From NCBI GenBank assembly GCA_000002435.2, contig CM018791.1: a stretch of DNA of 64,000 bases, one strand, 5' to 3'. This DNA is from Giardia intestinalis. Taxonomy: Eukaryota. The notes under the pieces are model-generated. The model searched no databases and was not told the DNA's origin. It saw only the letters and a program-made list of their open reading frames with translations. This document shows positions 38,733-50,578 of the stretch, piece after piece; within the stretch, counting starts at the first letter, position 1; each line of letters starts with the position of its first letter. The translations under genes and the position numbers were made by a program.

Positions 38733-41159
38733 ATGGCCGTTCTGCCGTCCGGCTACACGTACCTCCAGACCCTCGAGGACGGCGTCCTTCGCAAGCTCTA
38801 TACGGCCGCCCGGCACGATGGCGTCTCCTGCCTTTGTGAGGAGGTCTTTGTTGGACCTCCCCCTGCGCCTTCTGCCTCTTCGCTTCGCGCCTGTCCTGCC
38901 CTGATCGCTCGCCTCGATTCGCCCTTCCTTGGAAAATACATTCTTGTCCAGCCAGATAATCAGCGCAGGTCTGTCTTTCTTCTTTCCCAGCATGTCCAGG
39001 ATTTCTCTCTCTTCACTCTCTTTACGGCCCACACAGGCTCGCGACCATACACTCCAGAGGATGATATATGGCAAATTTTATATGGCGCACTTCAAGGACT
39101 GGCCTATCTTCATAGCCCTTTGGCAAAGCCTGTTCTTGTTCACGGTGCAATTTCACCCACCTCGGTCTATGTGTCTAGAGATGGAGCTGGGCTTTTGCGG
39201 TCACTGTGGAGCGTTCGAGAAAGTGGATCCCCCTTTACGGGCGACGCATACTCACCCCTCACCCCATACGTAGCCCCCGAGGTCCTGAAATCTCAGGCCA
39301 TAACTACCAAGGCAGACGTTTGGGCTCTTGGTTGTATAATTTATGAACTATGTGTGCAAAAGCAACTCTTTGCTGCGGCTAGCGAAGAAGAGATGGTCGC
39401 GCGTATCCTCACACCCGTGTCTGTCACCTTGCCGCCACAGTACTCGCGCGACTTAGTGACCGTTCTTCGCGCCATGCTTGAACAAGACCCGTTCCAACGG
39501 CCAGGAGCTGTTGTTCTTCTCGGACACCCTCGCTTCGAGCACTTCGATAATTCCCTCCCTGAGGATCACGAGGCTACCGCTGACTGCAAAGATCCTACCC
39601 TTTCTCGTGTCAACACAGTGCTAGCAGACAGCACAATGTCCTTTAGTTCCGTTGGCAGCTCTGTGGCCCCACTTCTTCCCGAATCTAATAGCCCCCTTTC
39701 CCAGGCAATTGCCGCCGGCAACAAGACTGCATTTACGAAGGCGCTAGGGGCATGGAAAGGGAAAGCAGACTCGAACGGCTACTCCAGCCTAATGTACGCC
39801 ATAGTCTATCAGAATACACCGATGGCTAAGCTTCTATTGAAATCGGATGCAGGGCTCCAGGACCGCACTGGCCGAAGCGCACTTATGTACGCATCTTCCT
39901 ATGACAAACTTGAACTCGTTCAAGAACTGATCCGGCGCGAGGGACGCCTTCGCGACAGGGCTGGGCGAACGGCGCTAATGCATGCAGCAGCGTCTGACTC
40001 CTTGCTGTCTATACGAGCCCTCATTCCCCTCGAAGCAGGGCTTGCCGATAATGAAGGCTCAACTGCCTTGATGATCGCCATTAAGAGCGGCGCATATCGT
40101 GCCGTGAGCATGCTTTATATTCAGGAAGCCAGATATCAATCTATGCTGGGAAAGACCGCCCTTATGCTTGCTGCACAACTTGATTGCGGCGTAGCCATCA
40201 ATCTGCTTGCAGAGGAGGAGACATACCTTGAGGACTCGTATGGGATGACTGCATCCCAATATGCCGAGCTGGCTGGTAACCAAGTTGGCGAGCTAGCACT
40301 TCGAGAACATGATCAAACCATAGTAACCGGGAAAACAGTTGCGGGGAGGCTGAGCTCTCTTCCTAAGCTGGGAATCAAAGGCGGGGCCCTGACCCTCGAG
40401 GAACGAGAACGCGTCAATATGCTGTCGGGATCACTTCCCAGAGATGAGCAAGGCAATACGTCGTTAATGCTGGCTATTCTGGAAGGCGATCGAATCTCTG
40501 CCGAAAGCTATCTTCCGAGCCAGATGGGCTTTAGAAATGCTGATTCAGAAACAGCCCTTATGCTTTGCGCAAAGAAGAATCTATCTGGTATCGCTGCTCT
40601 TCTCCTTGCTGCAGAGTCGGGACTGCGCGTTGGGCTTAGCTCTTCTGTGCCCAAGGAGCGAGTTGGCATGACTGCGCTCATGCATGCAGCAGAAGCAAAT
40701 GCAGTAGAGGTGTGCAAGGTCCTTTTGACAGCAGAGGCCGGGTCAGTGCGAAAGGACGGCAAGACGGCCCTTATTCTTGCCGCTATGGCTGACGCAAAAG
40801 ACGCTGCCCTTGTCTTGGGAGCTTGTGATAAAGAGGCAGGCCAGCATGACACAAACGGCTTCACAGCTCTGATGGGGGCTGTGCAGCATAGAAATGTAGA
40901 TCTTGCCAAGCTTCTATTGAAGAAAGAAGCCGGCTTTCAGAAAAACGACGGCACTGCTGCGATACACATTGCAGTGTTTCTCGAAGATGTCGCCTTGGTA
41001 AAGCTGCTCTTTTCTTATGAAAAGGACTTGCAGCTAGCAGACGGCAGAACTGCCCAGACGATTGCAATTGCTCTTAACAATCCTGCATTGCAGGCTGTCT
41101 TCGATGAACCCACAAAGAAGCGCTCCAAAAGCCGGGCACAAGGGAGCGCCAAGCGATAG
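38733..41159 (+). CDS. NEK-like kinase domain fused to about 14 ankyrin repeats (a Giardia 'Kinase, NEK' / 21.1-type protein). It is a predicted pseudokinase. This is the left inverted-repeat copy.
   Basis: Kinase fold with HGAISPTSVYVSRDGAGLL replacing HRDLKPxN...DFG, APEVL and DVWALGCIIYEL. 'TALM' ankyrin repeats follow (SALMYAS, TALMHAA, TALMIAI, TALMLAA, TALMLCA, TALMHAAEA, TALILAA, TALMGAV). Confidence 0.85.
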   Translation: MAVLPSGYTYLQTLEDGVLRKLYTAARHDGVSCLCEEVFVGPPPAPSASSLRACPALIARLDSPFLGKYILVQPDNQRRSVFLLSQHVQDFSLFTLFTAHTGSRPYTPEDDIWQILYGALQGLAYLHSPLAKPVLVHGAISPTSVYVSRDGAGLLRSLWSVRESGSPFTGDAYSPLTPYVAPEVLKSQAITTKADVWALGCIIYELCVQKQLFAAASEEEMVARILTPVSVTLPPQYSRDLVTVLRAMLEQDPFQRPGAVVLLGHPRFEHFDNSLPEDHEATADCKDPTLSRVNTVLADSTMSFSSVGSSVAPLLPESNSPLSQAIAAGNKTAFTKALGAWKGKADSNGYSSLMYAIVYQNTPMAKLLLKSDAGLQDRTGRSALMYASSYDKLELVQELIRREGRLRDRAGRTALMHAAASDSLLSIRALIPLEAGLADNEGSTALMIAIKSGAYRAVSMLYIQEARYQSMLGKTALMLAAQLDCGVAINLLAEEETYLEDSYGMTASQYAELAGNQVGELALREHDQTIVTGKTVAGRLSSLPKLGIKGGALTLEERERVNMLSGSLPRDEQGNTSLMLAILEGDRISAESYLPSQMGFRNADSETALMLCAKKNLSGIAALLLAAESGLRVGLSSSVPKERVGMTALMHAAEANAVEVCKVLLTAEAGSVRKDGKTALILAAMADAKDAALVLGACDKEAGQHDTNGFTALMGAVQHRNVDLAKLLLKKEAGFQKNDGTAAIHIAVFLEDVALVKLLFSYEKDLQLADGRTAQTIAIALNNPALQAVFDEPTKKRSKSRAQGSAKR

Positions 41160-43097
41160 CCGAATTGCAGCCTCACAGAATGTGACACACTGGCCTGTGG
41201 TTACTAGCTTTGGGAGGCCTGGCCTATGGGCTTCAATTGCCATACTTATCCACCAAGAATGAACACTGCGAAGGTGCCTACTCATTATTTGACAATTCAG
41301 GTTTTACACATGTTTCCTTGTGCATTATTGGGAGGAAGCATGAAAAATCCACATTCTTCGAAGGTAAAGCTCCTGTCCCCTACATCTATTTTCTAATAAA
41401 GCATTCAACTGCACAGACTAAGTGCTGCAGCTATCTCATGGTATTGAAAACCGTATATACAGGCTTTATCCTCAGACCTGCTAGAGTTGATTGGGGGGCC
41501 ATTAGCCTACTAATTTGACATGAACAGAAGGAGTAATGTGCCTATTCGGTCGACATTGAGGGTTAAACCACACCAATGACTGACTATGTGCCACACGGAT
41601 CACTCCCAGTAAGCATTTGTTACAAACTAGAGAGTCCTGCACGGTCAATTTACAGCACATCTTTCCATCATAACCTTCAAAGTAGGCGTCCATTCTGTTA
41701 TCACATAGCCTGTTGAGCCATGAGTGACACCTGCAACGTTTCTGCTTAACAGATTAAATGTTCTAAGCTTGTTCTTTGAATAATAAGTATAGCTGTCCCG
41801 TATTATTTACACAGAGGTGAAGACACGATACACTTATGCGCCAGGATCGCATTAAATTAGACCTTGATTGATAGCTATATATTCTACTGATTGCTCGCGC
41901 TCTTGGATTGCAGAATGAATAAAAGGTAGCTAGATTGCATGCATTACTATTGTAGAGTAAGTTATTTTAGGACGGATCCTGCAATCCTACTGGTGTCCAT
42001 CTCCCTAGATATCTGCATCTGGAGAGGACTGTTTCCTGGCTGCCTGTGACAAGCATAAAGGAAACGTGTCTTGAAGAAAAGCACATTCACAGGGTCGTAT
42101 ATTAATGCGGCTCAGCATGTCCATCAAGATTGGCATCGGATGGACTTCTGACAGCTGAGTACAGGAGTGCCTAGTTGCGCAAACTGTGGACCCGCAGTTC
42201 CTAAGCATACTAAGTAGCATCTCTTCAGTTCTGTGGCCTAAGTCAAGCGTTCTGCAGATAGACTCCTAAGTTAATGTGCTTCTGGCTATGATTTTCAGCT
42301 CTGGAGGTTCTGTCCCGTCCGCAGACTACTACTTCTAGATACAGTCTTTCTGCATCGGGAGTGAGGGGCTCTGTGGCCTCTTACTCTCCCTTCATACAAA
42401 TACAGACAGGTCCTTGCAGAAGAGACCCAGAGCTCTTGTAGCATTTACGCTGTGGCTACGCACCGTACCTCCCCACGCTTCTCTCGGATACTCACGGCGG
42501 CTGTATCCCTGGTTGTCCACGCTACGTTGCCCCACATGAGAAGTCCATTAGCGAAGCGCTTGTGGTCACCGAAGCTGCCTGCTCAATATCGGTTAGCGGC
42601 CTTCACCGGTATTTCACGTCCACATATGCAAGGGGCACCTGCGTCTCAGCGCCGTCCCTCAGGCACTGTAGCAGGCGAGGTCTGACTTCGCTGCATTGGC
42701 GGTTTCGTGATATGCATCCAGCTACCCGATGTTTGGCAATGGTCTGTGCCAATTCCTGAGCAACTGGTAACAAATCCTTACCTGTTTAGAGTCATACCTG
42801 TGAAGGGTGTCCCTTACATCACGGAAGACCCTAGCCGCCGGTCGACGCTCGGCGCCAGATGCCTCCTGCGGGCCACGAGGAGCGAATCTGCATGGGTCTT
42901 CCCACATGCTGCTAGCGCCGGGCCGCCCGCCCATTGCGCGCATGACCAACGCCTCGGCGCCAGACCCGCAACGCAGGAGGAGTGTGTGTTCATTCACTCT
43001 TTGCAAACGAGCAAGATATTCAGATCCAGCCCCAACAATTCTTAAGTAATGAGCTGCGACGTCTAAGCTACAGCCGTATTCAATGATTTACAGAAAA

Positions 43098-46000
43098 TTA
43101 GAGCTGAACCATGGATGGTTGTCTGGAACCATTTAGTAGAGGTGCAGTAGAGTACATAGACGCAGTAAGACTAGAATTGCGAGTGAGTTGCGGCTTAGGA
43201 AGCCCGCGACCAGGCTTCCGCGGGGCACGCTCCCTCAGTACACCGCTCTTCCTGGGCCGTATCACGAACCACCAGACGAGGAAGCCGGCCACCGCAGCGA
43301 GGACGAGGAGAACGACGACCACGATCGCAGCTGTTGTGCCGGCAGACGATTTGTTAGATGGAGCAGGGACTCCGCAGACGAAGTCGCTTGTGAGAGAGAA
43401 GCCTTCATCGCATATGCAAGTGGGCTTTACGCCGTTCTCAGACACGCACCTGCCGTTGCCCCCGCAGATCGTCACGGTGCCGTCGGTGCCGCGCTGGATG
43501 CACTGGCTGCTGATGCAGAGCCCCTCGGAGACGGTCTCGTAGCCGCTTCTGCAGCTGCACAAGCCCCCGTCGGAGAGCTGGCAGTCGCCGTTCCCCCCGC
43601 ACAGCGTTCCACTGGAAACGCAGGCCGATGGGTAGCAGAGGGTCCCGTGGAGGGTCCAGCCTTGTCTGCAGCTGCAGATCGCAGAGGACCCTTCACCAGT
43701 ACACTCTCCTCCGCCGTTGCAGACTTTCCCGTCCTTGAGACACCTTGTGGGGATGCAATCAGTCTTGACCAGAGTATAGTCTTTTGCACACAGGCAGCCG
43801 TAGGTGTCGCCGGTCTTCTCGCAGGCGCCGAAGCCGCTACAAAGCTTGTTGTCTGACGAGACGCAGCTGCTATGCACACAACCATTTTGACCAGGGAGGT
43901 TCTTAAAATTGGGGGCCTGGCAGTTGCATGTTCCTGTGTCACCGGTCTCCGTGCACGTCCCACCACCATCACAAACTTCTGAAAGAATGCTCTCGTGCGC
44001 CCCGAAGCACTCCTTGACGAAGCACTGGCCGGTCTTCTTGTCTGTACGGTACCTGCTGTTGTCGCACCTGCACATTCCTGTACCAGTGGTGGCTTCAACG
44101 CATGTTCCACGGTTATTACATATCTTAGTAATGTCATCAGCGTGATCTCTCGGCATGCATTCTCTATATACGCAGACACTTGATCCAATGAGAATTGTTC
44201 CAGAATTGCAACTACATTCCCCAGTGGCCTCGCCGTTGTCATTGCACGTACCCATACCATAGCACGTTTTTTCTGTCTGATCGTATGGATCCGTCCAGAC
44301 GCACCTGGACTTCCGGCACTTCTTGCTAGCACTGTCAACGACGAAGCTCGAGTTGACGCAGACGCAGTTGAAGCTACTGCCACCAAACTGACAAGTTCCT
44401 GCATCAGTATTTTCTTCCATACTACAGCTATCTTTTGGACAGTTGCTAAGATAACATCGCTTATCTGTGTGTTCCAGGTACCCATCATTGCAAGCCTTGC
44501 ATTGAGGACCTTCGTACCCAGGGTAGCACTTACATGTCTTTTCTTCTATAGAGCAAGTTCCCCTTCCGCTGCATATCATGGTTGTGTCTGTCTCCGAGAC
44601 AGCACATACCTCCGGGATACACACATAATTTCCTAATATGCCTTTGACTGTTTTGTAGCCAGACTCACAGCTGCAAGAATATTCTACGGTATGATCCCCC
44701 TTGCATGTTCCGTGACCAGAACACTCGACATTCCTGAAGGTGTTTCCAGGCAGGACGTCACTGAGACACACTCTCTTGATGCACTTTTTATTCTCCAGCT
44801 GGACAATGTCAGATCGCTCTATACACTTGCAGTAGGGTTCGGATGACTGAGTGGTATTCAGAATGCACATTCCAAACTGTCTTCCGCCGCATGTAGTATT
44901 CATTTTGGTGTTATCTAGTTTTGTAATCTCAAATATGCAAGCCTTTGGCAGACAGAACCCATCAAGTTCTTCGTACCCGTCAGGCCTCGGGTCCTTGCAC
45001 TTACAAGCGTAGTCTCGACGATCGCCGTGCGACGCTATCTTTGTGCACACACCAATCGTGTCACCGCCACATACGGATTCAGTGAGCCTTCCGTTACTGT
45101 CTGTAGCATTGATGAAGCAATTGAGACCAACACAGACCTTATCCACCAACTTGGTCCCTAGATTGCATATGCATCCATCAGGTCCACACCTACCCGCGCC
45201 TCCACAGATCACCGGTACGTCCTTGTCTTTACTAGAAATACACTTTTCTAGCACGCATGTCTTCCTCAGCTCGCCGCTTGCGTCTCTAAGTGTATACGCA
45301 TTCGCACCATTAGTACACGTGCATTGCTTGTCCTTCAATAAACCGTTGGCACTGCATGTTCCCAGCCCGTTACACTCTATGGCGGCGTCGTTCGCAGACG
45401 CCCTATACATGCACTTGCTCGGGACACACGTGTCTCTATTTCCATCTTGATTTCTTTTATCACTCAGTTCGTAGCCCTCGGAGCAGACGCAGCCGTAGCG
45501 GTTATCATCTCCCTTCACGCACGAAGCCAAAGAGTCACCTCCGCAATACTTATCCCCAGACATGCAGCTTTGGTGAACGCAAAGCCCATTAAAAGACTTG
45601 TATGAAAAAGCACACTTGCACGAGTACGTGTTTCCATTAGAATCTTGTGTGCAACTCCCAACGGTGCCGTCGTAGACCTTGCATTCGACGTACTTAAGTT
45701 CTCCATTGTGGATCACCTTTCCGGCGCACCCGGGGTGAGTGCAGTAACCACCAAAGGCCTCAAAACCATCCTTACACTCACATCCATATCGGCCGGTCAG
45801 CTGGTTGTACGCGCAGACTCCCTTCCCAGAGCAGACGTGGCGATCTAACGTTAGCTTCCTTGCATCGGCTGCCGTCACGCCCACAGGCAGGCAGTCGTAG
45901 CTGTAGCACATGTCACCGATCCTCAGGAAGCCCGGGTTGCAGGTGCAGGACTCATTTTCGTTTATGTAGCCAGCTCCGGGGCCGCCGCATAGACCTCTTG

Positions 46001-48179
46001 CTAGCTTAGTCTGTGGATTCGCATTCTTGCTTTTTAAAATGCACGTCTTGTTGTATGTAACATAGTCCCCAGTGCAATTACACTGCCACGTCGTGTCCCG
46101 GCCGACGGTGCAGTGGAGTTCGTGACTGCCCAGCGCAGCGCAGTACTTAGGTGCTCCTGGGCCGGCGAGCTTTTTATCAAGCTTGCACGCATTGGTGACG
46201 CACGCCTTTAAACTTTGGTCCCACGTAGCATCTGGACCGCAATCGCATTCATATCCTTCGTTACCATCCTTCTTTTTGACACAGTCTCCCACACCACCAC
46301 AGTAATTGTACCACATATGATAAATAGATCTACCGTCGTGACAGTCGGTATGCATGCAGGTTGCATTGTTTTCCCCAAAGTGTACAAGATGAAAGCCAGT
46401 TGGGCACACAGTGCACGTTTCAGGTAGATTGGAGCCTTCAGAAGGCTTAGCACAGGTTGGCATTCGATCGTCCTGAAGACTATCTGTCAGCCCCTCTAGG
46501 AACCCACAAAAGAACCTTCTTGTCTTATCTATCTTACTGATAAATACACATCCAGGTTTAGCAGAGAAGGTGCCGTTGTAGGCTGAAACGTTCCCATCAC
46601 TGGAGCCTTTAGGGACGCATGTGATGAACGGATTGCTAGGATCTCCATAAGTGGTGTACGTGCCTGTGTTCCCGCAGATATCCTGAGCAGTAGCCGTGCG
46701 CAGACTGGGCTGTGGATCCGGTGGTTGTTGTTGCACAATGCACTTCTTTGCAATGCATTTCTTGTCAATCACTTGCGCATTTTGTTGATTACATTCTGCG
46801 CACTTAGCTCCTGTGTAGATAGGCGAACACTGGCACGTCATCGTATAAGGAGCCTCAGCACTAACGACAATGCGTCCATGATCACTGCAAACCGTGGCAG
46901 GGATATCCACCAGACTGCTCAAGATGCAGCGCCCTGGAGCGATGTAGGTATAGTCCTGATCACAAGTGCATTGTATATTTCGTAGATCGTCCGTCTTGCA
47001 CGTGCCGTGCCCCGAGCAGACCTTCCCAAGTTCCTCGTCCATGCACGCGGGGGACGTGCACTCTCCGTCAACGGCAATGAGCATGTCCGGGCAGCGGCAG
47101 TGGTACTCGCCATCGAACTTGACACATGTTCCTCCGTTCTTGCATGATTCTCGCTTGTCTGAGGTGAGGCATCCCACTGGAACGCACTTGCCATTTATCT
47201 TAGCAGACTTGTCAGTGCAAGTATCGCAGAGGTCGCCCGTGGCAAGTCCCCGGCAATCGCACTTATAGCCAGCGCCGTCACGCACACAGGCGCCCACTCC
47301 GCCACAGATCTTCGAGTTGGAGCTATCGGTGCAGGTCGGATGCGTGCAGAACTCACCAACCTGGACTGCATTAGAATCGCAAACACACCTGAAGGTGCCG
47401 GTATTTCCCTCATCTGTGCAGTTCCCAAAGCCCCCGCAGACGACCGGGGACCCGTCGATCGTGGCCACGCACTCTGTCCTGACGCACTTGTGTCCAACGC
47501 GTGTATATCCCGTCTCACAGGCACAACGGTAGTGGTATGATTCGCGATTGAGGCCTACGTCGAGGACACAGTTACCATGTCCTGAGCACACAGTGCCGTC
47601 AGGATCCTGGCAAGCCCGTGGGTTACAAGTGGGGAGATTGTCCTGTGAGGGAGTCTTAGCATCAATTGCGTTGGCGTCGTCGCACGACTGGCAGAGACTC
47701 CCGCGGTAGATCGGGTAGCAGTCGCACGCGTAGTCGTCAGCACTCAGCCCGGCCAGCCCGGGGTCCTTCAGGAGGCAGCGGCCGCGGCCGTTGCAGGGAG
47801 GCTTCGTTGCCTCCTGTCCTGAGAGGTCACCGGTGTTGAAGCAGCTCTTCGGCAGGCACTCGCCCTCGTAGGACACGAAGCCATCGGGGCAGGGGTCGCA
47901 CGAGTACGCCCCCGCGTAGTAGGTGCACTTGTTCGACTCTGTGCACTCCGTCCCGTTCACGAGGCAAGCGTAGTTGACGGCCCTGTCTGCGGGTGTCTGC
48001 CCACTGGTAGTTACCCTGCGGAACCCTGCACGGGGAGCATCGCACGCAGCCCCCGCCCAGCCCCGCCTGCACTGGCAGAAGTATGCTCCGTCCCCGTAGG
48101 TGCAATTTCCGTGGACGCACTCGGGGCCTGTTCCGCATGCACTGGCGAGGAATGCAATAGCATACAGGAGAATCAGCAT
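43098..48179 (-). CDS. High-cysteine membrane protein (HCMP), 1693 aa. It has a signal peptide, a long EGF/VSP-like CXXC-CXC-rich ectodomain, a single C-terminal TM helix and a 45-aa cytoplasmic tail. It lacks the VSP CRGKA terminus.
   Basis: N-terminus MLILLYAIAFLASACG. Hundreds of Cys in GxCxC, CxxC and CxCxxGY patterns. C-terminus AIVVVVLLVLAAVAGFLVWWFVIRPRK. The initiator ctttaaaatcactgtATG lies on the minus strand, and TGTAAAT follows about 8 nt after the stop. Confidence 0.85.
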   Translation of the reverse strand: MLILLYAIAFLASACGTGPECVHGNCTYGDGAYFCQCRRGWAGAACDAPRAGFRRVTTSGQTPADRAVNYACLVNGTECTESNKCTYYAGAYSCDPCPDGFVSYEGECLPKSCFNTGDLSGQEATKPPCNGRGRCLLKDPGLAGLSADDYACDCYPIYRGSLCQSCDDANAIDAKTPSQDNLPTCNPRACQDPDGTVCSGHGNCVLDVGLNRESYHYRCACETGYTRVGHKCVRTECVATIDGSPVVCGGFGNCTDEGNTGTFRCVCDSNAVQVGEFCTHPTCTDSSNSKICGGVGACVRDGAGYKCDCRGLATGDLCDTCTDKSAKINGKCVPVGCLTSDKRESCKNGGTCVKFDGEYHCRCPDMLIAVDGECTSPACMDEELGKVCSGHGTCKTDDLRNIQCTCDQDYTYIAPGRCILSSLVDIPATVCSDHGRIVVSAEAPYTMTCQCSPIYTGAKCAECNQQNAQVIDKKCIAKKCIVQQQPPDPQPSLRTATAQDICGNTGTYTTYGDPSNPFITCVPKGSSDGNVSAYNGTFSAKPGCVFISKIDKTRRFFCGFLEGLTDSLQDDRMPTCAKPSEGSNLPETCTVCPTGFHLVHFGENNATCMHTDCHDGRSIYHMWYNYCGGVGDCVKKKDGNEGYECDCGPDATWDQSLKACVTNACKLDKKLAGPGAPKYCAALGSHELHCTVGRDTTWQCNCTGDYVTYNKTCILKSKNANPQTKLARGLCGGPGAGYINENESCTCNPGFLRIGDMCYSYDCLPVGVTAADARKLTLDRHVCSGKGVCAYNQLTGRYGCECKDGFEAFGGYCTHPGCAGKVIHNGELKYVECKVYDGTVGSCTQDSNGNTYSCKCAFSYKSFNGLCVHQSCMSGDKYCGGDSLASCVKGDDNRYGCVCSEGYELSDKRNQDGNRDTCVPSKCMYRASANDAAIECNGLGTCSANGLLKDKQCTCTNGANAYTLRDASGELRKTCVLEKCISSKDKDVPVICGGAGRCGPDGCICNLGTKLVDKVCVGLNCFINATDSNGRLTESVCGGDTIGVCTKIASHGDRRDYACKCKDPRPDGYEELDGFCLPKACIFEITKLDNTKMNTTCGGRQFGMCILNTTQSSEPYCKCIERSDIVQLENKKCIKRVCLSDVLPGNTFRNVECSGHGTCKGDHTVEYSCSCESGYKTVKGILGNYVCIPEVCAVSETDTTMICSGRGTCSIEEKTCKCYPGYEGPQCKACNDGYLEHTDKRCYLSNCPKDSCSMEENTDAGTCQFGGSSFNCVCVNSSFVVDSASKKCRKSRCVWTDPYDQTEKTCYGMGTCNDNGEATGECSCNSGTILIGSSVCVYRECMPRDHADDITKICNNRGTCVEATTGTGMCRCDNSRYRTDKKTGQCFVKECFGAHESILSEVCDGGGTCTETGDTGTCNCQAPNFKNLPGQNGCVHSSCVSSDNKLCSGFGACEKTGDTYGCLCAKDYTLVKTDCIPTRCLKDGKVCNGGGECTGEGSSAICSCRQGWTLHGTLCYPSACVSSGTLCGGNGDCQLSDGGLCSCRSGYETVSEGLCISSQCIQRGTDGTVTICGGNGRCVSENGVKPTCICDEGFSLTSDFVCGVPAPSNKSSAGTTAAIVVVVLLVLAAVAGFLVWWFVIRPRKSGVLRERAPRKPGRGLPKPQLTRNSSLTASMYSTAPLLNGSRQPSMVQL

Positions 48180-48767
48180 ACAGTGATTTTAAAGATGGCT
48201 CCGGGTTATTATGTGCTAGCATACCATGAATATAAGAAGGAAACTTGTAAGTTTGTCATTTACAAACGAAAGTATACTGTTTCTGAGCTGTCCTCAGATG
48301 CTGCGTATAGCAGGATTAAATCGATACGTCACAAGGTTGTAGTTATTTACACGTCTTTTAAATATTGCTTCATTTCAACGAGGCGTTGCTTCAGTCTTCG
48401 TAGACATAGAGCACTATATGGTTGCACTCTTGATACTGAAGGCTAAAAGCGCTGAATTTCGAGGATTGCTCAGACTGATGAAGTAGATTGACACGAGTAC
48501 CAGGTCATTGTAACGTCGATAGCTATTGCCGTCATGCAAGGAGACGTTATGTCACGAAAAGGCCACGACTCAGATATTCTCGGTAGAGTAAAGAATTGCT
48601 CTTACAAATGAAGAATAAGAGGCGTGAAGGGACAGACAGTGGAGCAGAGTACAAAACGAAAAGGCAAGCTAATTGCTTTCTTTTAGTGGCGTATACATCC
48701 ATGAGACAGACCTCGCGGGCCCATTGCAGTCGATCTCCGTGATCAACGGGAGAGTCTGTGGCCCTTG
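48180..48767 (-). promoter_or_regulatory. Unique 588-bp upstream region of the HCMP gene, lying between the gene and the right inverted-repeat arm. It contains the AT-rich initiator immediately 5' of the ATG.
   Basis: gccatctttaaaatcactgtATG (minus-strand reading) at 48180-48200. No ORF reaches 60 aa except a spurious plus-strand one. Confidence 0.5.
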
Positions 48768-50578
48768 TGCGGGTCTGGCGCCGAGGCGTTGGTCATGCGC
48801 GCAATGGGCGGGCGGCCCGGCGCTAGCAGCATGTGGGAAGACCCATGCAGATTCGCTCCTCGTGGCCCGCAGGAGGCATCTGGCGCCGAGCGTCGACCGG
48901 CGGCTAGGGTCTTCCGTGATGTAAGGGACACCCTTCACAGGTATGACTCTAAACAGGTAAGGATTTGTTACCAGTTGCTCAGGAATTGGCACAGACCATT
49001 GCCAAACATCGGGTAGCTGGATGCATATCACGAAACCGCCAATGCAGCGAAGTCAGACCTCGCCTGCTACAGTGCCTGAGGGACGGCGCTGAGACGCAGG
49101 TGCCCCTTGCATATGTGGACGTGAAATACCGGTGAAGGCCGCTAACCGATATTGAGCAGGCAGCTTCGGTGACCACAAGCGCTTCGCTAATGGACTTCTC
49201 ATGTGGGGCAACGTAGCGTGGACAACCAGGGATACAGCCGCCGTGAGTATCCGAGAGAAGCGTGGGGAGGTACGGTGCGTAGCCACAGCGTAAATGCTAC
49301 AAGAGCTCTGGGTCTCTTCTGCAAGGACCTGTCTGTATTTGTATGAAGGGAGAGTAAGAGGCCACAGAGCCCCTCACTCCCGATGCAGAAAGACTGTATC
49401 TAGAAGTAGTAGTCTGCGGACGGGACAGAACCTCCAGAGCTGAAAATCATAGCCAGAAGCACATTAACTTAGGAGTCTATCTGCAGAACGCTTGACTTAG
49501 GCCACAGAACTGAAGAGATGCTACTTAGTATGCTTAGGAACTGCGGGTCCACAGTTTGCGCAACTAGGCACTCCTGTACTCAGCTGTCAGAAGTCCATCC
49601 GATGCCAATCTTGATGGACATGCTGAGCCGCATTAATATACGACCCTGTGAATGTGCTTTTCTTCAAGACACGTTTCCTTTATGCTTGTCACAGGCAGCC
49701 AGGAAACAGTCCTCTCCAGATGCAGATATCTAGGGAGATGGACACCAGTAGGATTGCAGGATCCGTCCTAAAATAACTTACTCTACAATAGTAATGCATG
49801 CAATCTAGCTACCTTTTATTCATTCTGCAATCCAAGAGCGCGAGCAATCAGTAGAATATATAGCTATCAATCAAGGTCTAATTTAATGCGATCCTGGCGC
49901 ATAAGTGTATCGTGTCTTCACCTCTGTGTAAATAATACGGGACAGCTATACTTATTATTCAAAGAACAAGCTTAGAACATTTAATCTGTTAAGCAGAAAC
50001 GTTGCAGGTGTCACTCATGGCTCAACAGGCTATGTGATAACAGAATGGACGCCTACTTTGAAGGTTATGATGGAAAGATGTGCTGTAAATTGACCGTGCA
50101 GGACTCTCTAGTTTGTAACAAATGCTTACTGGGAGTGATCCGTGTGGCACATAGTCAGTCATTGGTGTGGTTTAACCCTCAATGTCGACCGAATAGGCAC
50201 ATTACTCCTTCTGTTCATGTCAAATTAGTAGGCTAATGGCCCCCCAATCAACTCTAGCAGGTCTGAGGATAAAGCCTGTATATACGGTTTTCAATACCAT
50301 GAGATAGCTGCAGCACTTAGTCTGTGCAGTTGAATGCTTTATTAGAAAATAGATGTAGGGGACAGGAGCTTTACCTTCGAAGAATGTGGATTTTTCATGC
50401 TTCCTCCCAATAATGCACAAGGAAACATGTGTAAAACCTGAATTGTCAAATAATGAGTAGGCACCTTCGCAGTGTTCATTCTTGGTGGATAAGTATGGCA
50501 ATTGAAGCCCATAGGCCAGGCCTCCCAAAGCTAGTAACCACAGGCCAGTGTGTCACATTCTGTGAGGCTGCAATTCGG

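Larger units (their letters stand above)
37975..42969. repeat. Left arm of a roughly 5.0 kb near-perfect inverted repeat. Its partner is 48768..53763.
   Basis: Every six-frame ORF in this interval (e.g. the 808-aa ORF, the 133/114/83/66-aa ORFs) recurs with an identical protein sequence on the opposite strand in 48768..53763. The junctions were located by direct comparison at 37975/53763 and 42969/48768. Confidence 0.9.

Noticed and set aside
43098-48179. Calling the 1693-aa cysteine-rich protein a VSP.
   Set aside because: Its C-terminus is a TM helix plus a 45-aa tail ending ...PSMVQL, not the invariant VSP CRGKA pentapeptide, and it is far larger than typical VSPs. This fits the HCMP class better.
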